This document shows, in pieces, positions 31,411 to 40,977 of a stretch of DNA of 64,000 bases; positions within the stretch are counted from its first letter, which is position 1; each line of letters starts with the position of its first letter. Origin of the DNA: an uncultured delta proteobacterium (GTDB lineage: Bacteria > Desulfobacterota > Desulfobacteria > Desulfobacterales > B30-G6); the NCBI GenBank assembly GCA_963823335.1, contig CAWGLD010000001.1, forward strand, positions 1,944,100-2,008,099. Reading direction: 5' to 3'. The position numbers and the translations under genes are program-made. Under the pieces are notes generated by a model. The model was not told the DNA's origin. It searched no databases and saw only the letters and a program-made list of their open reading frames with translations.

Positions 31411-33489
31411 TTGAACCGTGACCTTTTGAAATGCTGTTGCTGTTTTTTGATCCTGGTAATATGTCTGGCCGGCAGTCCGGGCCTCACGTTGGAACAGGAA
31501 AATTCGTTCAACCTCAAGATGGATCGACGGGTTAGCGGAAATAATTTTCTGAACAAGCCAATGAATCAATCCCAGGAAAACAACCCTTTCCAGGAAGGTC
31601 TGGAACCCTGGCAACATAAAAGGTTGTCCCTGGATGGGTTAAGCTTGTCTAAGATAACTGATGATATCGAGCACCTACGGCAGTTGCTTGCAAATAGAAC
31701 AGCGAGCAAAATGTGGTCAACGGAACTGAAAGAAGTCCTGCTGTCTCATAGTACCTTCTGGCTGACTTTTTTTATTCTTCTGGGCGTTACTTTATTGCTC
31801 CTGAATAGGGTTCGCTTCCATTTGATAGCTGTACTAGGGAAAATCGAACAAGGTCGATTTCCCATCAGGCACTGCAGCGTATTCATTATGCAGCACTCCA
31901 TATTGCTTGCAGGTGCGACACTGTTTGTTTATTTATACCTTCTGGTTTCACCGTCAGCTCAAGTTTTTGGGGTTTTGCGATTTTTCACATCCATCCTGAT
32001 GGTCGTGCTGTTCACAAGATGGGCCAGGTACTTCGCCAGAAATTGGCTATTAGAGCAGCATTGGATAAAGGATAGTGACACCGCGCGTTTGTCTGTGGTG
32101 CTGACAGGTGTGCGATATGGGGCAATCTTTTACATCAGCTTGGTTGGTTTGACAGGTGTTGGCAGCACGCTACCGACTGTTCTGAGCGTGTTTATCGAAT
32201 TTTTTCTGCTTATAGGGGCCATTTACTTTTGGAGAAATTTTCAAAAAGGCAGAACAACCCTGACAGGAAAACCAACACGAAGACAGACCACGGTTCTATC
32301 CCTGTGTAAGATGTTCTCCTATGGTATCATTGGCGGGGGGATTGTCATGAACCTGCTGGGCTATGGTTCATTTTCAATTTACTGGTATGTTTCTTGGGGA
32401 ATGAATTTCGTTATTTTGTTGTGGGGCGGTCTGTTCTTTTTGTTCTTGCGAGAATGGCGGCAAGAGCTGAAGGCACAGACCCTTGATGGTGCCCTATATG
32501 AAGATACGGCAAACCAGCCTTTCAAGTGGTTTGTTTTCCAGCTTTCGTGGCTCATCGGGCTTGCAGTGATCTTGGTTTTGTTGATTTTTGCCTGGGGCGG
32601 AAGACAGGCCGTCATCATCAACATGGTGAGTGTGCTCAATTATCCCATCAATATCGGCAAAATAAATTTCAGTATCATCAACGTCATTTATGCGGTTGTT
32701 GTTTTGGTTTTCACGCACGCATTGGCACGTTTCTGGCGATTTGTTTTAAAGGAGAAAATTCTGTCCGAAAGCGGCTTGAATACAGGACTCCAGGATTCCA
32801 TTACCATGATCAGTGTATACGCGGTCTGGGCTTTTGGTATCATGCTGTCCCTGCACACCTTCGGCATGGGCACCACCACGCTGGCTTTCGCGTTTGGCGC
32901 CTTGGGAATCGGACTCGGGTTTGGGTTGCAGAATATTTTCAACAATTTTATCAGCGGCATTATTCTGCTGTTTGAGCGCCCCATTCAGGTGGGGGACGAT
33001 ATCGAAATCAACGGTATCTGGGCCACGGTAAAAAAAATCAATGTTCGCGCTACGGTTGTGCAGACATTCGACAATGCATCCATCATTATCCCCAACTCCG
33101 AATTCATCAGTTCCCAGGTCACCAACTGGAGTTTTAATGACAAGCACTTGAGACGCAGCATCGATGTCGGCGTGGCTTATGGCTCTGATATTGAAGGTGT
33201 CCGGAAGACCTTGCTGGAAATTGCAGACAAGACTCCAAAAGTCTTTAAACAACCTAAGCCGGATGTGGTTTTCAGGGACTTTGGGGACAGCGCATTGATG
33301 TTCCGTCTGCGTGTTTGGACGGATATCGACAACATATTCAAGATCGAAACAGCCATCCGGTTTGAAATCGATAAGCGCTTTCGAGAAAAAGGTTTTGTTA
33401 TCGCATTCCCCCAGCGGGATGTGCACCTGTTCACCGATGGCTCGCCCCAGGTTTCGGATGCCGCCGGTCGAGAGGAACCACGCAAATGA
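31411..33489 (+). CDS. Large MscS-family mechanosensitive channel
   Basis: Multiple TMs then GALGIGLGFGLQNIFNNFISGIILLFERPIQVGD, IIPNS, GVAYGSD, IAFPQRDVH. Confidence 0.92.
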   Translation: MNRDLLKCCCCFLILVICLAGSPGLTLEQENSFNLKMDRRVSGNNFLNKPMNQSQENNPFQEGLEPWQHKRLSLDGLSLSKITDDIEHLRQLLANRTASKMWSTELKEVLLSHSTFWLTFFILLGVTLLLLNRVRFHLIAVLGKIEQGRFPIRHCSVFIMQHSILLAGATLFVYLYLLVSPSAQVFGVLRFFTSILMVVLFTRWARYFARNWLLEQHWIKDSDTARLSVVLTGVRYGAIFYISLVGLTGVGSTLPTVLSVFIEFFLLIGAIYFWRNFQKGRTTLTGKPTRRQTTVLSLCKMFSYGIIGGGIVMNLLGYGSFSIYWYVSWGMNFVILLWGGLFFLFLREWRQELKAQTLDGALYEDTANQPFKWFVFQLSWLIGLAVILVLLIFAWGGRQAVIINMVSVLNYPINIGKINFSIINVIYAVVVLVFTHALARFWRFVLKEKILSESGLNTGLQDSITMISVYAVWAFGIMLSLHTFGMGTTTLAFAFGALGIGLGFGLQNIFNNFISGIILLFERPIQVGDDIEINGIWATVKKINVRATVVQTFDNASIIIPNSEFISSQVTNWSFNDKHLRRSIDVGVAYGSDIEGVRKTLLEIADKTPKVFKQPKPDVVFRDFGDSALMFRLRVWTDIDNIFKIETAIRFEIDKRFREKGFVIAFPQRDVHLFTDGSPQVSDAAGREEPRK

Positions 33490-33535
33490 AAGGCAATCCA
33501 TGGTCATGATTTTTGGTGTTATCCCGTTTGCCAAT

Positions 33536-33577
33536 TGCAGAATATTCTTCAATGCACTGTAGGATATTCTTCAATGC
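33536..33577. promoter_or_regulatory. Tandem near-palindromic enhancer (UAS) sites for a sigma-54 activator
   Basis: TGCAGAATATTCTTCAATGC and TGTAGGATATTCTTCAATGC, 22-bp period, about 90-130 bp upstream of a -24/-12 promoter. Confidence 0.65.
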
Positions 33578-33668
33578 TTTGTGTTGCGGGTGTGATTCCT
33601 ACCGGTTCATCTTTTTTAACCTTCTATAATCATATACTATTTATTTATTTCCCCGTTCTATTTAATCA

Positions 33669-33684
33669 TGGCACACCCTTTGCT
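33669..33684 (+). promoter_or_regulatory. Sigma-54 (-24/-12) promoter
   Basis: TGGCAC-ACCCT-TTGCT, exact TGGCAC-N5-TTGCW consensus. Confidence 0.8.
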
Positions 33685-33738
33685 GTACTATAGGCCTACG
33701 TATGACAAAACCCTTTACAGCAAGCAAAAGGAGAGCAC

Positions 33739-34188
33739 ATGAACAGATCGCGGTATCTCATGGTCATCGGACTTCTGGTTACGGCCTTTTTTCTGATCGG
33801 CATCAACAGTTTTGGGGCAAACCTCAAACAGACAACATTTGAAGTGTCAAATCTATCTTGTGGCTCCTGCCTGTCACGGATCGATGATACCCTGAAAACA
33901 TATACAGGATATTCAAAACTGGGTGCAGATCTGCGACGGGGAATCGTCGTGGTTGAACACGAGGCAGCCCTGGAAGAGCAGGTCATCGCCAAAGCGATCA
34001 CGGATATCGGTTATCCGGCAAAAGTTGTTGCTGAAAAGGAACTTACAGAAAAACCTGATCTGTTTAAGGATCAGGGTGCAGGTTACGGGTGTTGTGGTGG
34101 CGGTGGCAGGAGTGGTGGCTGCTCGGCATCGGCGTCAACATGGAAAAGGCTTTTTAATCGACAACCGACTGCATCAACAGCGGATTAA
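33739..34188 (+). CDS. Exported heavy-metal-associated (HMA) domain protein with Cys/Gly tail
   Basis: Signal/TM leader, VSNLSCGSC, AITDIGY, tail GCCGGGGRSGGC. Confidence 0.85.
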   Translation: MNRSRYLMVIGLLVTAFFLIGINSFGANLKQTTFEVSNLSCGSCLSRIDDTLKTYTGYSKLGADLRRGIVVVEHEAALEEQVIAKAITDIGYPAKVVAEKELTEKPDLFKDQGAGYGCCGGGGRSGGCSASASTWKRLFNRQPTASTAD

Positions 34189-34240
34189 TTCACAAAATGC
34201 CCACCTGTTAGGCGGGATATTCCAAGCGTGGAGGCTATAT

Positions 34241-34708
34241 ATGAAAAGAATATGGATAGGTTTGATACTGGTCATTATAATTTCCCTGGGAAGTGTACCG
34301 GGAGCCTGGGCCCTGTTTGGCCCCAGGGTCGAATTGCTGGCGCCTGAAAACGGTGTGCTGAAAATCAAACTCAGCGATATCGATGACGGCAAAGCCCACT
34401 ATTTTAAGGTAAAGGCGGAGGATGGTACCCTGGTGACATTTTTTACCCTCAAGAGCAGGGATGGCGTGATTCGGGCGGCTATCGATGCCTGTGATGTCTG
34501 CTATCGGGCAGGTAAGGGATATGTGCAGGATGGTGATTTCATGGTGTGCCAAAACTGTGGTCAGCGATTCGCTTCATCCCGGATCAATGTGGTCAAGGGC
34601 GGCTGCAACCCTGCTCCGCTCAACCGCCAGGTTGAAGGGAAACACCTGTTGATCAGTATGACCGACATTAATCAAAATGCATGGTACTCTAAATATAATG
34701 AACAGTAA
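34241..34708 (+). CDS. DUF2318 / FtrD-like exported Fe-S or metal-binding protein
   Basis: Signal peptide, DACDVCY, GY, VCQNCG, GGCNPAP. Confidence 0.85.
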   Translation: MKRIWIGLILVIIISLGSVPGAWALFGPRVELLAPENGVLKIKLSDIDDGKAHYFKVKAEDGTLVTFFTLKSRDGVIRAAIDACDVCYRAGKGYVQDGDFMVCQNCGQRFASSRINVVKGGCNPAPLNRQVEGKHLLISMTDINQNAWYSKYNEQ

Positions 34709-34727
34709 AATGAGATCAACAATCACT

Positions 34728-35166
34728 ATGGTATATGATCTTGAAAAATACAGAGGCAAACGGGACAAAGTTCTCGGTGTAAAGAAAACGGGCATCAGTT
34801 TCGGCGCCTGGGCGGCAACGGTGTCGGCTATCATTGTCTGTGGGTCTGATTTCCATGGTTGCACCCAAATCCATCGCTTATTTCAGCACCCGGAACCTGG
34901 ATGATGTGATCTATAAGCTGTCCGGAGAACAGGCTTGGCCCCAGGATGTCATTCACAGCATTGCAACTCTGGATGGTGTCAAATTGGCCACAGCCGACAA
35001 GCAGGGCGCCCGGCTGGTTGTGACCTTTGACCGCTCAATAACGGGTATCGAGAACATGTCGGCCTTTTTCAAGGAGCGGGGGTATCAGGTTGTCCTGCTG
35101 AACAGGGTTAGTCACCATCAGCGGATCCAGACGGAGCATGCGGAGGCGAAACTTGAAACTCTATAA
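34728..35166 (+). CDS. Single-TM protein with a possible Cys-less HMA-like domain (frameshift near 34840)
   Basis: MVYDLEKYRGKRDKVLG...TM joins LDGVKLATAD...LVVTFD...FFKERGY in the next frame. Confidence 0.6.
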
Positions 35167-36310
35167 TATTTCCTTGAACAACCTCAAACGTCGTAAGGGA
35201 AAAGTTGTTTTTCTCGTAACGGGACTGCTGATTGGAATTGCCACCATTGTGACGCTGATATCCATTACCCAGAGCATGTCACGCGATGTGGAGGAACGGC
35301 TGGACCGGTTCGGCGCCAACATCGTCATGACCCCAAAAAGTGAAAACCTTTCCTTGAGTTACGGCGGAATTAGCGTTGGCGGTGTCAATTACGAAACAAT
35401 TGAATTCATGGAGTCGGAGTTGGTGAATATCCGGAATATCAAGAACCGTGACAACCTTGGCATCATTGCTCCCAAGGTATTGGGACCCTGGGAAATAGAA
35501 GGCAAACGCGTTCTGCTCATGGGTGCAGACCTTCAGACCGAGCTGAGTTTGAAAACCTGGTGGCAGTTCGATGGCGCCCCGACGGGTAGCCCCGATGAAC
35601 TGATTCTCGGATCCGAGACAGCCAGAATATTCAACCTGGCACTTGGGGATCCTCTGAAACTGGGAACCGATGTATTTAACGTGTCCACGATTCTGCACCC
35701 AACCGGTGGCCCGGAAGATGGGATCATCATGGGGGACCTGCACCGCTTTCAAAAGGTTCTGGGCAAACCCGGACGCGTATCCATGGTGGAAATCTCAGCC
35801 TTTTGCAGGGGGTGTCCCATCACCGAAATTACCCTGCAGATTGCGGAAAAATTTCCCAACGCAAAGGTAACGGCCCTGAAACAGGCGGTCATGTCGAAAA
35901 TGCAGTCCATCGAAATGATCAGGTCCTTCAGCTACGGTGTGGCCATCCTGGTTATTTTTATTGGTTCGCTTCTCGTGTTCGTGACCATGATGGGTTCGGT
36001 CAACGAGCGCACCCGTGAAATAGGAATTTTCCGTGCTATCGGCTTCAGGCAGGGACACATCATGCAGATCATTCTTTTGGAGGCCATGGTGGTGGGATTG
36101 ATCGGCGGTTTTATGGGATATCTCATCGGCAACGGTATTGCCTGGCTGGCGATTCCGTTTATAATCCAGGAAGGCACCTTTTCCAATTTTAACCTTATCC
36201 TGGGAGGGGTTTCCCTGATTCTCTCGGTGGCCTTGAGTCTGTTGGCAAGCCTCTATCCGGCTGTGAAAGCCAGCAGGATGGATCCCAGCGCCGCCCTGCG
36301 GGCGCTATAA
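35153..36310 (+). CDS. ABC transporter permease, FtsX/MacB family
   Basis: NNLKRRKGK, FGANI, MGSVNERTREIGIFRAIG, SLYPAVKASRMDP; periplasmic CRGC. Confidence 0.92.
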   Translation: MKLYNISLNNLKRRKGKVVFLVTGLLIGIATIVTLISITQSMSRDVEERLDRFGANIVMTPKSENLSLSYGGISVGGVNYETIEFMESELVNIRNIKNRDNLGIIAPKVLGPWEIEGKRVLLMGADLQTELSLKTWWQFDGAPTGSPDELILGSETARIFNLALGDPLKLGTDVFNVSTILHPTGGPEDGIIMGDLHRFQKVLGKPGRVSMVEISAFCRGCPITEITLQIAEKFPNAKVTALKQAVMSKMQSIEMIRSFSYGVAILVIFIGSLLVFVTMMGSVNERTREIGIFRAIGFRQGHIMQIILLEAMVVGLIGGFMGYLIGNGIAWLAIPFIIQEGTFSNFNLILGGVSLILSVALSLLASLYPAVKASRMDPSAALRAL

Positions 36311-36319
36311 CTTGATACA

Positions 36320-36512
36320 AGGGTTTTAAGGGTCGGAGGGTGATACAAGGGTTCGAGGGTGGCTGACAGCTAAAAGCGGACAGCAGCATCCCAGCATATA
36401 AAGGTTAAAAAGGGGAACAGGGTTCATTGGGTTGATGAAACGGAAAGGATTTGAAGGCTCAATATCAGCGGCTTTAAGCAACACAATAAACCCAAAGAAC
36501 ACAATGAACAAA
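36320..36512. repeat. Composite short-period repeat element (8-mer GGGTTCRAG, 7-mer AGC, inverted 9-mer arrays)
   Basis: GGGTTCGAGGGTGGCTGACAGCTA matches the reverse complement of 57972-57998; the 9-mer part matches 10660-10762. Confidence 0.65.
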
Positions 36513-36554
36513 GCAACTAAGTTTGCAATTTAGATACGTGATAGGAAATATAAC

Positions 36555-37238
36555 ATGAACGGTAACCATCACCTGATTGAAATTCAGGATTTGGGAAGAG
36601 AATACATGGCCGGCGACACCACGGTCTGTGCCATCGAGGAGATGAGTTTTTTCATCGACGACGGCGAGTTTGTCAGCATCGTTGGTCAGTCCGGAGCCGG
36701 AAAAAGCACACTCCTGGCGGCGCTGGGGGGGCTGAATCGACCCACCAGGGGCAATGTATGGGTGGATACACTGGATTTGTATGGTCTGACCAGTGAACAG
36801 CGCGCAGACTTCAGGAGCGAGTATGTCGGGTTTGTTTTTCAGTCCTTTCAGCTCATCCCGTATTTGACCGCTATGGAAAACGTCAAAATACCCCTTTCCA
36901 TCGCCAATGTTAAAAAGACCATTCAGGCAGAAATGGCTGCAGAGGCGCTTGAAAAAGTGGGTTTGCAGGACAAGAAAAATCGCCTGCCCGACCAGCTATC
37001 CGGAGGCGAACAGGAACGTGTGGCCATTGCTCGTGCTATCGTGAACAAGCCGCCTATCGTATTGGCCGATGAACCCACCGGAAACCTTGACAGTAAAACA
37101 GCGGATGATGTCATTGATTTGCTGAAACAGCTGAATCAGGAGGGACAGACCGTTATCATGGTGACCCACAATAAGAAATTGTGTCAACATACGAACCGAA
37201 CGGTTCATGTCAGGGATGGTCGTTGTGTTGTGGGTTAG
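36555..37238 (+). CDS. ABC transporter ATP-binding protein (LolD/MacB type)
   Basis: [33 protein letters not shown]. Confidence 0.95.
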   Translation: MNGNHHLIEIQDLGREYMAGDTTVCAIEEMSFFIDDGEFVSIVGQSGAGKSTLLAALGGLNRPTRGNVWVDTLDLYGLTSEQRADFRSEYVGFVFQSFQLIPYLTAMENVKIPLSIANVKKTIQAEMAAEALEKVGLQDKKNRLPDQLSGGEQERVAIARAIVNKPPIVLADEPTGNLDSKTADDVIDLLKQLNQEGQTVIMVTHNKKLCQHTNRTVHVRDGRCVVG

Positions 37239-38260
37239 GTGCAGGTCGTGTGAAATACCTCATGCAGACGCTGGAGTTCGGTTTCCGCATCCTGGATAAG
37301 CTCGGTAATGATGTCCCTGATAGGCATTATCTTGTCCGCCAGCCCCACCGATTGCCCGGCCATTAACGATCCTGAATGAACCTTTCCTTCTATGGCCGCC
37401 TCCCGGAGGGCACCGGCCCAGAAGTTTTCAACTTCAAACTGAGCCTGATGCGGGTCTATGGTGCCACGGTCAAGCCGATCCATAACATCGAGCTGAAGTT
37501 TTCCGAACTGTGTCGTGCCTTTGTTTTTCAACGCTCTCACGGGAATGACGGGTAGACGACTGTCGAATTGAGGAGTTGCCACGGCATCTTTGGCCTTGGC
37601 TTTTCTGAAGGTTTCTTTGAACTCCGGGTGAGCCTTACACTCATCAGACATGACAAACCGGGTTCCCATCTGAATACCGGCAGCCCCCATCATGAGGAGA
37701 TGGGCCATCATGCGACCGGTTGCAATACCCCCGGCAGCAAAAATGGGTACGGTATCGATTTTAAAGAGCACTTCCTGCAGCAGTACGGAGAGCGTGACAG
37801 GACCGATATGGCCCCCTGCTTCGGATCCCTCCAGCATCAACGCATCCGTTCCCATCTTGATGAGTCGCATAGCCAGGGGCGCAGTGGGGGCAAAACAGAT
37901 GATCTTGGCTCCGGAGTCCTGAGCCTTCTGGATTTCCGGTTCCCTTGGAATTGAGCCTGCAAACATGATGATATCACATTTCATGTCGCAGACCATTTTC
38001 AACTGGTCCTTGTAAATCGGTGAAACAGTTATGAGGTTGATACCAAAGGGTTTGTTGGAATAGTCACGGACGGCTGCAATCTCTTTTTCAAGGGTGGCAA
38101 CGGGCGTATTACCACCGGCTAAGAATCCAAAACCATGGGCATTCCCTATATCTCCCACGAGCTTGTAATCACTGATCCAGGTCATGGCACCGCACATGAT
38201 GGGATATCGACATCCCAGAAATTCCTGCCCCCGGCTTAAAAAATTATCTATCAGCATCAT
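37235..38260 (-). CDS. Nitronate monooxygenase / FabK-like flavoprotein
   Basis: YPIMCGAMTW, KPFGINL, EGSEAGGHIG, AAGGI, QMGTRF, MAGQSVGL. Confidence 0.88.
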   Translation of the reverse strand: MMLIDNFLSRGQEFLGCRYPIMCGAMTWISDYKLVGDIGNAHGFGFLAGGNTPVATLEKEIAAVRDYSNKPFGINLITVSPIYKDQLKMVCDMKCDIIMFAGSIPREPEIQKAQDSGAKIICFAPTAPLAMRLIKMGTDALMLEGSEAGGHIGPVTLSVLLQEVLFKIDTVPIFAAGGIATGRMMAHLLMMGAAGIQMGTRFVMSDECKAHPEFKETFRKAKAKDAVATPQFDSRLPVIPVRALKNKGTTQFGKLQLDVMDRLDRGTIDPHQAQFEVENFWAGALREAAIEGKVHSGSLMAGQSVGLADKIMPIRDIITELIQDAETELQRLHEVFHTTCT

Positions 38261-38356
38261 TATCTGGATTTGTTTTGTATGTATCCTGTTCGGACACTTT
38301 GTGCCATATGCGGGTATAAATTTAATAAAACCGAATACTCCGCTGAGAAATCCGGA

Positions 38357-38791
38357 TCAGTGGTTTATGATCTGGATGTCATCGTTGCAGGATATTTCAC
38401 CACCTGTTATCACCCTGGCAAAAATTCCTCTTTTCGGCATAATGCAGTCGCCTGCCTGGTAGTAAATGGCACACTTGTTGTGGCATTCTTTGCCTATCTG
38501 GGTGATTTCAAGAAGGACCGTGTCCCCAATCTGGAGACGGCTTCCGATGGGCAAACTGGGCAAATCAATACCGCTGGTGGCGATGTTTTCGGCAAAATCA
38601 CCGAAGTCGACATCGATGCCTTTGGCCTGCATGCCGTGAATATCTTCCGTAGCAAGAAGACTTACCTGACGGTGCCAGGGACCGGCGTGGGCATCTCCTT
38701 GGATGCCGTGACCTTCCATCAAGCGAACGACTGGAACCGGTGTCTTGCGGGTACCCTTTTTCTTGCTTATGGCGATGGATACGATTTTCAT
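38357..38791 (-). CDS. MOSC domain protein
   Basis: GIQGDAHAGPWHRQVSLL, GDFAENI, TQIGKECH, CIMPKRGIF. Confidence 0.92.
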   Translation of the reverse strand: MKIVSIAISKKKGTRKTPVPVVRLMEGHGIQGDAHAGPWHRQVSLLATEDIHGMQAKGIDVDFGDFAENIATSGIDLPSLPIGSRLQIGDTVLLEITQIGKECHNKCAIYYQAGDCIMPKRGIFARVITGGEISCNDDIQIINH

Positions 38792-38809
38792 ATGGGGAGT
38801 GGTTTCCAA

Positions 38810-39199
38810 TCAGTTTCGAATCTTATCAAGGATCGGCGCAAGGACGTCACAGGACCGGCACAGCAGCATCTTTTGAGCCCAGTTTTCCTGCACTTCGTTG
38901 TTACAAAGGGTGCCACAGGTAAACCAGCACATGTCCCCTGACTGAAACTCCCAGGCTGGGCAGGCTTTGCGTTTTTCAGGAGGGCACTTTTTGATGGTCC
39001 AGCAGTTTTTCTGATGGTCCAGCAGGTCTCTTTTTTTCAATACCAGATAAAACAGCTGTCTTTCCACATGGGGAGGGATTGTTCTCCAGGCCTGCTCGTA
39101 GCTGTGAATGGCTTTGAGCGATGTCCCCAGCAACTGGGCAAGTTCCTTCTGTGTTTTTTGCAATTTTTTCCGAAACAAAGAGAATTCAACACTATCCAT
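38810..39199 (-). CDS. XRE-type HTH regulator fused to a Cys-rich two-CW domain
   Basis: TQKELAQLLGTSLKAIHSYEQ; NCWTIKKC...CPAW...CWFTCGTLC...CRSC. Confidence 0.78.
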   Translation of the reverse strand: MDSVEFSLFRKKLQKTQKELAQLLGTSLKAIHSYEQAWRTIPPHVERQLFYLVLKKRDLLDHQKNCWTIKKCPPEKRKACPAWEFQSGDMCWFTCGTLCNNEVQENWAQKMLLCRSCDVLAPILDKIRN

Positions 39200-39371
39200 A
39201 GAGATACCACCCTTTTTATGAATAAAGACTGTTCGGTCTTTCGGCCGTTGTTCGTCATGGTCAGATACCATCCTGTGACAACTGCAGTACTATGTAACAA
39301 AGTGGTAGCTTATGTCAAGGGTATTATTGCCAATAAAACCAAGGTTTCTGTCGGGATATATTGAACCGGTT

Positions 39372-40169
39372 CTATTGAAAACGGTCACTTCCGCAGAAAA
39401 CCATCACAGTATTGCCCTTGTCGATAGATGCCAGTGTCATGTTCAGTCTTGACGCGAGCTCTACGGCAAGTGCCGTGGGACGGGAGAGCGCAACGATCAT
39501 TTCGAGCCCTGCCCTGGCCGCTTTTTGAACAAGCTCGTAACTTATGCGCGAGGACATCACAGCCAGGCCCGATTCGTGCAGCCGTGCCTCCATGAAAACC
39601 CGGCCGATGGCTTTGTCGAGTGCGTTGTGCCGTCCAACATCCTCTGCAAACGATAGGGGATCCAAGCGGGTATCGAGGATCATTGCCGCATGGGCGCCCC
39701 GAGTGGTCTTGTACAGCGACTGCTTATCCACGAGTTTCGCGAAGCACGACCCGACATCTCCTATGGACATAATCAGGTGTCTGGATACCGGCTTTACAAT
39801 CTGATAAATATCCTTTATCAACTCCTTGCCGCAGATACCGCAGCTGGTCTGACTGACAAAGCCTCGTCTTTCCAGAAGATCTTTTACGACTTTTTTTCGT
39901 TCCGGCTGGAGCGTGGCGGTCACCACGTTGACGCCTTCTTCGGTGCAGTATCCGAGGGTGGTGAAGTCATCTCTATGATTGACCAGTCCCTCGGACAGAA
40001 AAAAACCCGCGGCATGGTGGAGTTCATCCCCGGGTGTCCGCATGACCACTGCGTAAGGATTGCCATCGATGCGCAAAGATAGCGGTTCTTCAAGGATCAG
40101 TTCCTGGTTCGTTGTCCCGAACGTATTGTTTTCAAACATCATTGTTTTATGGGAGATAGATTCAAGCAT
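39372..40169 (-). CDS. fdhD: Formate dehydrogenase accessory sulfurtransferase FdhD
   Basis: EEPL, MRTPG, SCGICG, TRGAHAA, EDVGRHNALDKAIG. Confidence 0.93.
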   Translation of the reverse strand: MLESISHKTMMFENNTFGTTNQELILEEPLSLRIDGNPYAVVMRTPGDELHHAAGFFLSEGLVNHRDDFTTLGYCTEEGVNVVTATLQPERKKVVKDLLERRGFVSQTSCGICGKELIKDIYQIVKPVSRHLIMSIGDVGSCFAKLVDKQSLYKTTRGAHAAMILDTRLDPLSFAEDVGRHNALDKAIGRVFMEARLHESGLAVMSSRISYELVQKAARAGLEMIVALSRPTALAVELASRLNMTLASIDKGNTVMVFCGSDRFQ

Positions 40170-40219
40170 GGTTGGGCCCTTTTACATATTGAAGAACCTG
40201 GTCTTTTTGACCCGGGTAT

Positions 40220-40972
40220 CTATTTTTCTTTGCTGGATCCATTGTCGGCATAGAAAACATAGCCGATCGATCTGATACTGATAAAGTAAGACGGATTTTT
40301 AGGGTTGTCTTCAAAATATTTTCGGAATCGGACGATAAAATTATCCACGGTTCGCGTTGTCGTTCCTTTGGTGTACCCCCAGCCGATCTGAAGCAGCTTT
40401 TCGCGTGAAAGTGGCTTACCCGGGTTTATCAGAAACAATTTTAAAAGCTTGGCTTCCTGTTCCGTCAAACGAATCTTTCCGATTTTGCAGGTTGCAGTCA
40501 TGGTTTTAAAATCGATCTGATTGTCACCGAAAGAAAATACAGTGATTTCATCTTCAGAAAGAACGTTGGCAAAAATGGCGCTTGGATTGCTCCAGGAGGC
40601 TCTTTTTAGGAGGCGGTCCACACGCAGCAGAAACTCTTCCAGGCTGAAGGGTTTGGTGAGGTAGTCATCGACTCCGTAAGCAAGACCCATGATCTTGTAA
40701 TCGGTCTCTGCTTTGGCAGATAAAATCAAAATCGGAATCTTTTCGTCTTCAAGGCGGATACTGCGCAGAATGGAGAGGCCGTCTATCCCGGGAAGCATGA
40801 TATCAAGGACGATCAGGTCGGGTCGCCACTCTCGCCACATTTGGATGCCGGTCACGCCATTTACTGCGATTCCGACTTCGTAACCCTGTAATGACAGGTT
40901 CAGTTTAAGGCCCTCGGCAATGTGGTGATCGTCTTCTATAACGAGAACACGTTTTTTTTCATTCGGTTTCAT
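40220..40972 (-). CDS. OmpR-family response regulator
   Basis: VLVIEDD, LDIMLP, DDYLTKPF, RTVDNFIVRFRKYFE. Confidence 0.93.
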   Translation of the reverse strand: MKPNEKKRVLVIEDDHHIAEGLKLNLSLQGYEVGIAVNGVTGIQMWREWRPDLIVLDIMLPGIDGLSILRSIRLEDEKIPILILSAKAETDYKIMGLAYGVDDYLTKPFSLEEFLLRVDRLLKRASWSNPSAIFANVLSEDEITVFSFGDNQIDFKTMTATCKIGKIRLTEQEAKLLKLFLINPGKPLSREKLLQIGWGYTKGTTTRTVDNFIVRFRKYFEDNPKNPSYFISIRSIGYVFYADNGSSKEK

Positions 40973-40977
40973 GCCAA

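Noticed and set aside
33923-34240. N-terminal extension of the DUF2318 ORF (261 aa in the ORF track)
   Set aside because: Overlaps the HMA gene; the real start is the ATG at 34241 after GGAGG with a signal peptide
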